This document shows positions 37,297 to 37,800 of a stretch of DNA of 37,800 nt, one piece after another. Source of the DNA: Halocafeteria seosinensis (taxonomy: Eukaryota); contig LVLI01000052.1 of assembly GCA_001687465.1 (NCBI GenBank), positions 1 to 37,800 on the forward strand, in the 5' to 3' direction. Every line of letters begins with the position of its first letter. Within the stretch, counting starts at the first letter, position 1. The translations under genes and the position numbers were made by a program. The notes beneath the pieces were generated by a model, which was not told the DNA's origin, did not search any database, and saw only the letters and a list, made by a program, of their open reading frames with translations.

Positions 37297-37800
37297 CCAT
37301 GTACACAGGAGCTGGTCACACCCACTCTAGAACATGCGCTGGCTTGCTTCATGGGTCCAATGGCCTTCCTGCGCACCGATAGACATCACGCAATTCGGGA
37401 TAAGCTCTTCGAATGGATGAGAGGACATGGCCTGCAGGTGGAACGGGAAGTGCCCCTGAGAAGAGTACTCAATGAGGTCAACAATGCACCTGAACCTAGG
37501 CCTAAGGTGATGGACCTAGTCTTCATACTGAATAATGAGCTTACATGGTCTGATGTCACAGTGGTAAATGGAAACACCGAAGCCAAACGAGCCAGCGGGG
37601 AACAGCACCCGGCAGATGCAGCTGCAGCCGTCAAACAATCAAAATGTGCGGTCAATGTTGCTAACCAGAAAGCTGTTTTCCTCCCGGCTGCCATTGAAGC
37701 GTACGGTGGCTTCTCCAAGACATTGTTGGACCTGGTGGGTCGCCTGACTGATGCCGTGGTGCCGCTAGGCGCCTCTCGATATGTGAAAGCTTGCGAAAAA
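37291..37800 (+). mobile_element. 5'-truncated RLE-type (CRE/SLACS-like) non-LTR retrotransposon: CCHC zinc knuckle plus restriction-like endonuclease, running off the window
   Basis: Frame +1 is open to the window end: FCPCTQELVTPTLEHALAC (CCHC), RHHAIRD (RH motif), VMDLV..WSDVTVV (PD..D analogue), AAAAVKQSK, FLPAAIEAYGG. No RT upstream within the window. Confidence 0.8.

Overview
Gene-dense eukaryotic nuclear DNA with short canonical GT-AG introns (about 57-83 nt) and the standard genetic code; TAA, TAG and TGA all serve as real stops. CFAP20 plus a cadherin with nine TM helices suggest a flagellated stramenopile-type protist (inference). Genes in order: RCC1-repeat protein, CFAP20 with a long acidic tail, a small secreted Cys-repeat protein, glycerol kinase, an ankyrin-repeat pseudogene, DmX-like/rabconnectin-3 alpha (about 3,330 aa), a NAK-family kinase, a nonagonal-type cadherin (about 4,050 codons), and an FNR/cytochrome b5 reductase pseudogene abutting a 5'-truncated CRE-like non-LTR retrotransposon. 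Two main anomalies. (1) The 589-nt CFAP20 intron is almost entirely a G.U-rich, multi-domain folded RNA closed by a terminal stem, with a competing 13-bp helix over a candidate branch-point region. This suggests an intronic ncRNA or splicing switch that I do not recognise. (2) A single in-frame TAA sits inside a cadherin repeat of an otherwise intact 12-kb ORF. All structures were paired by eye and not computed.
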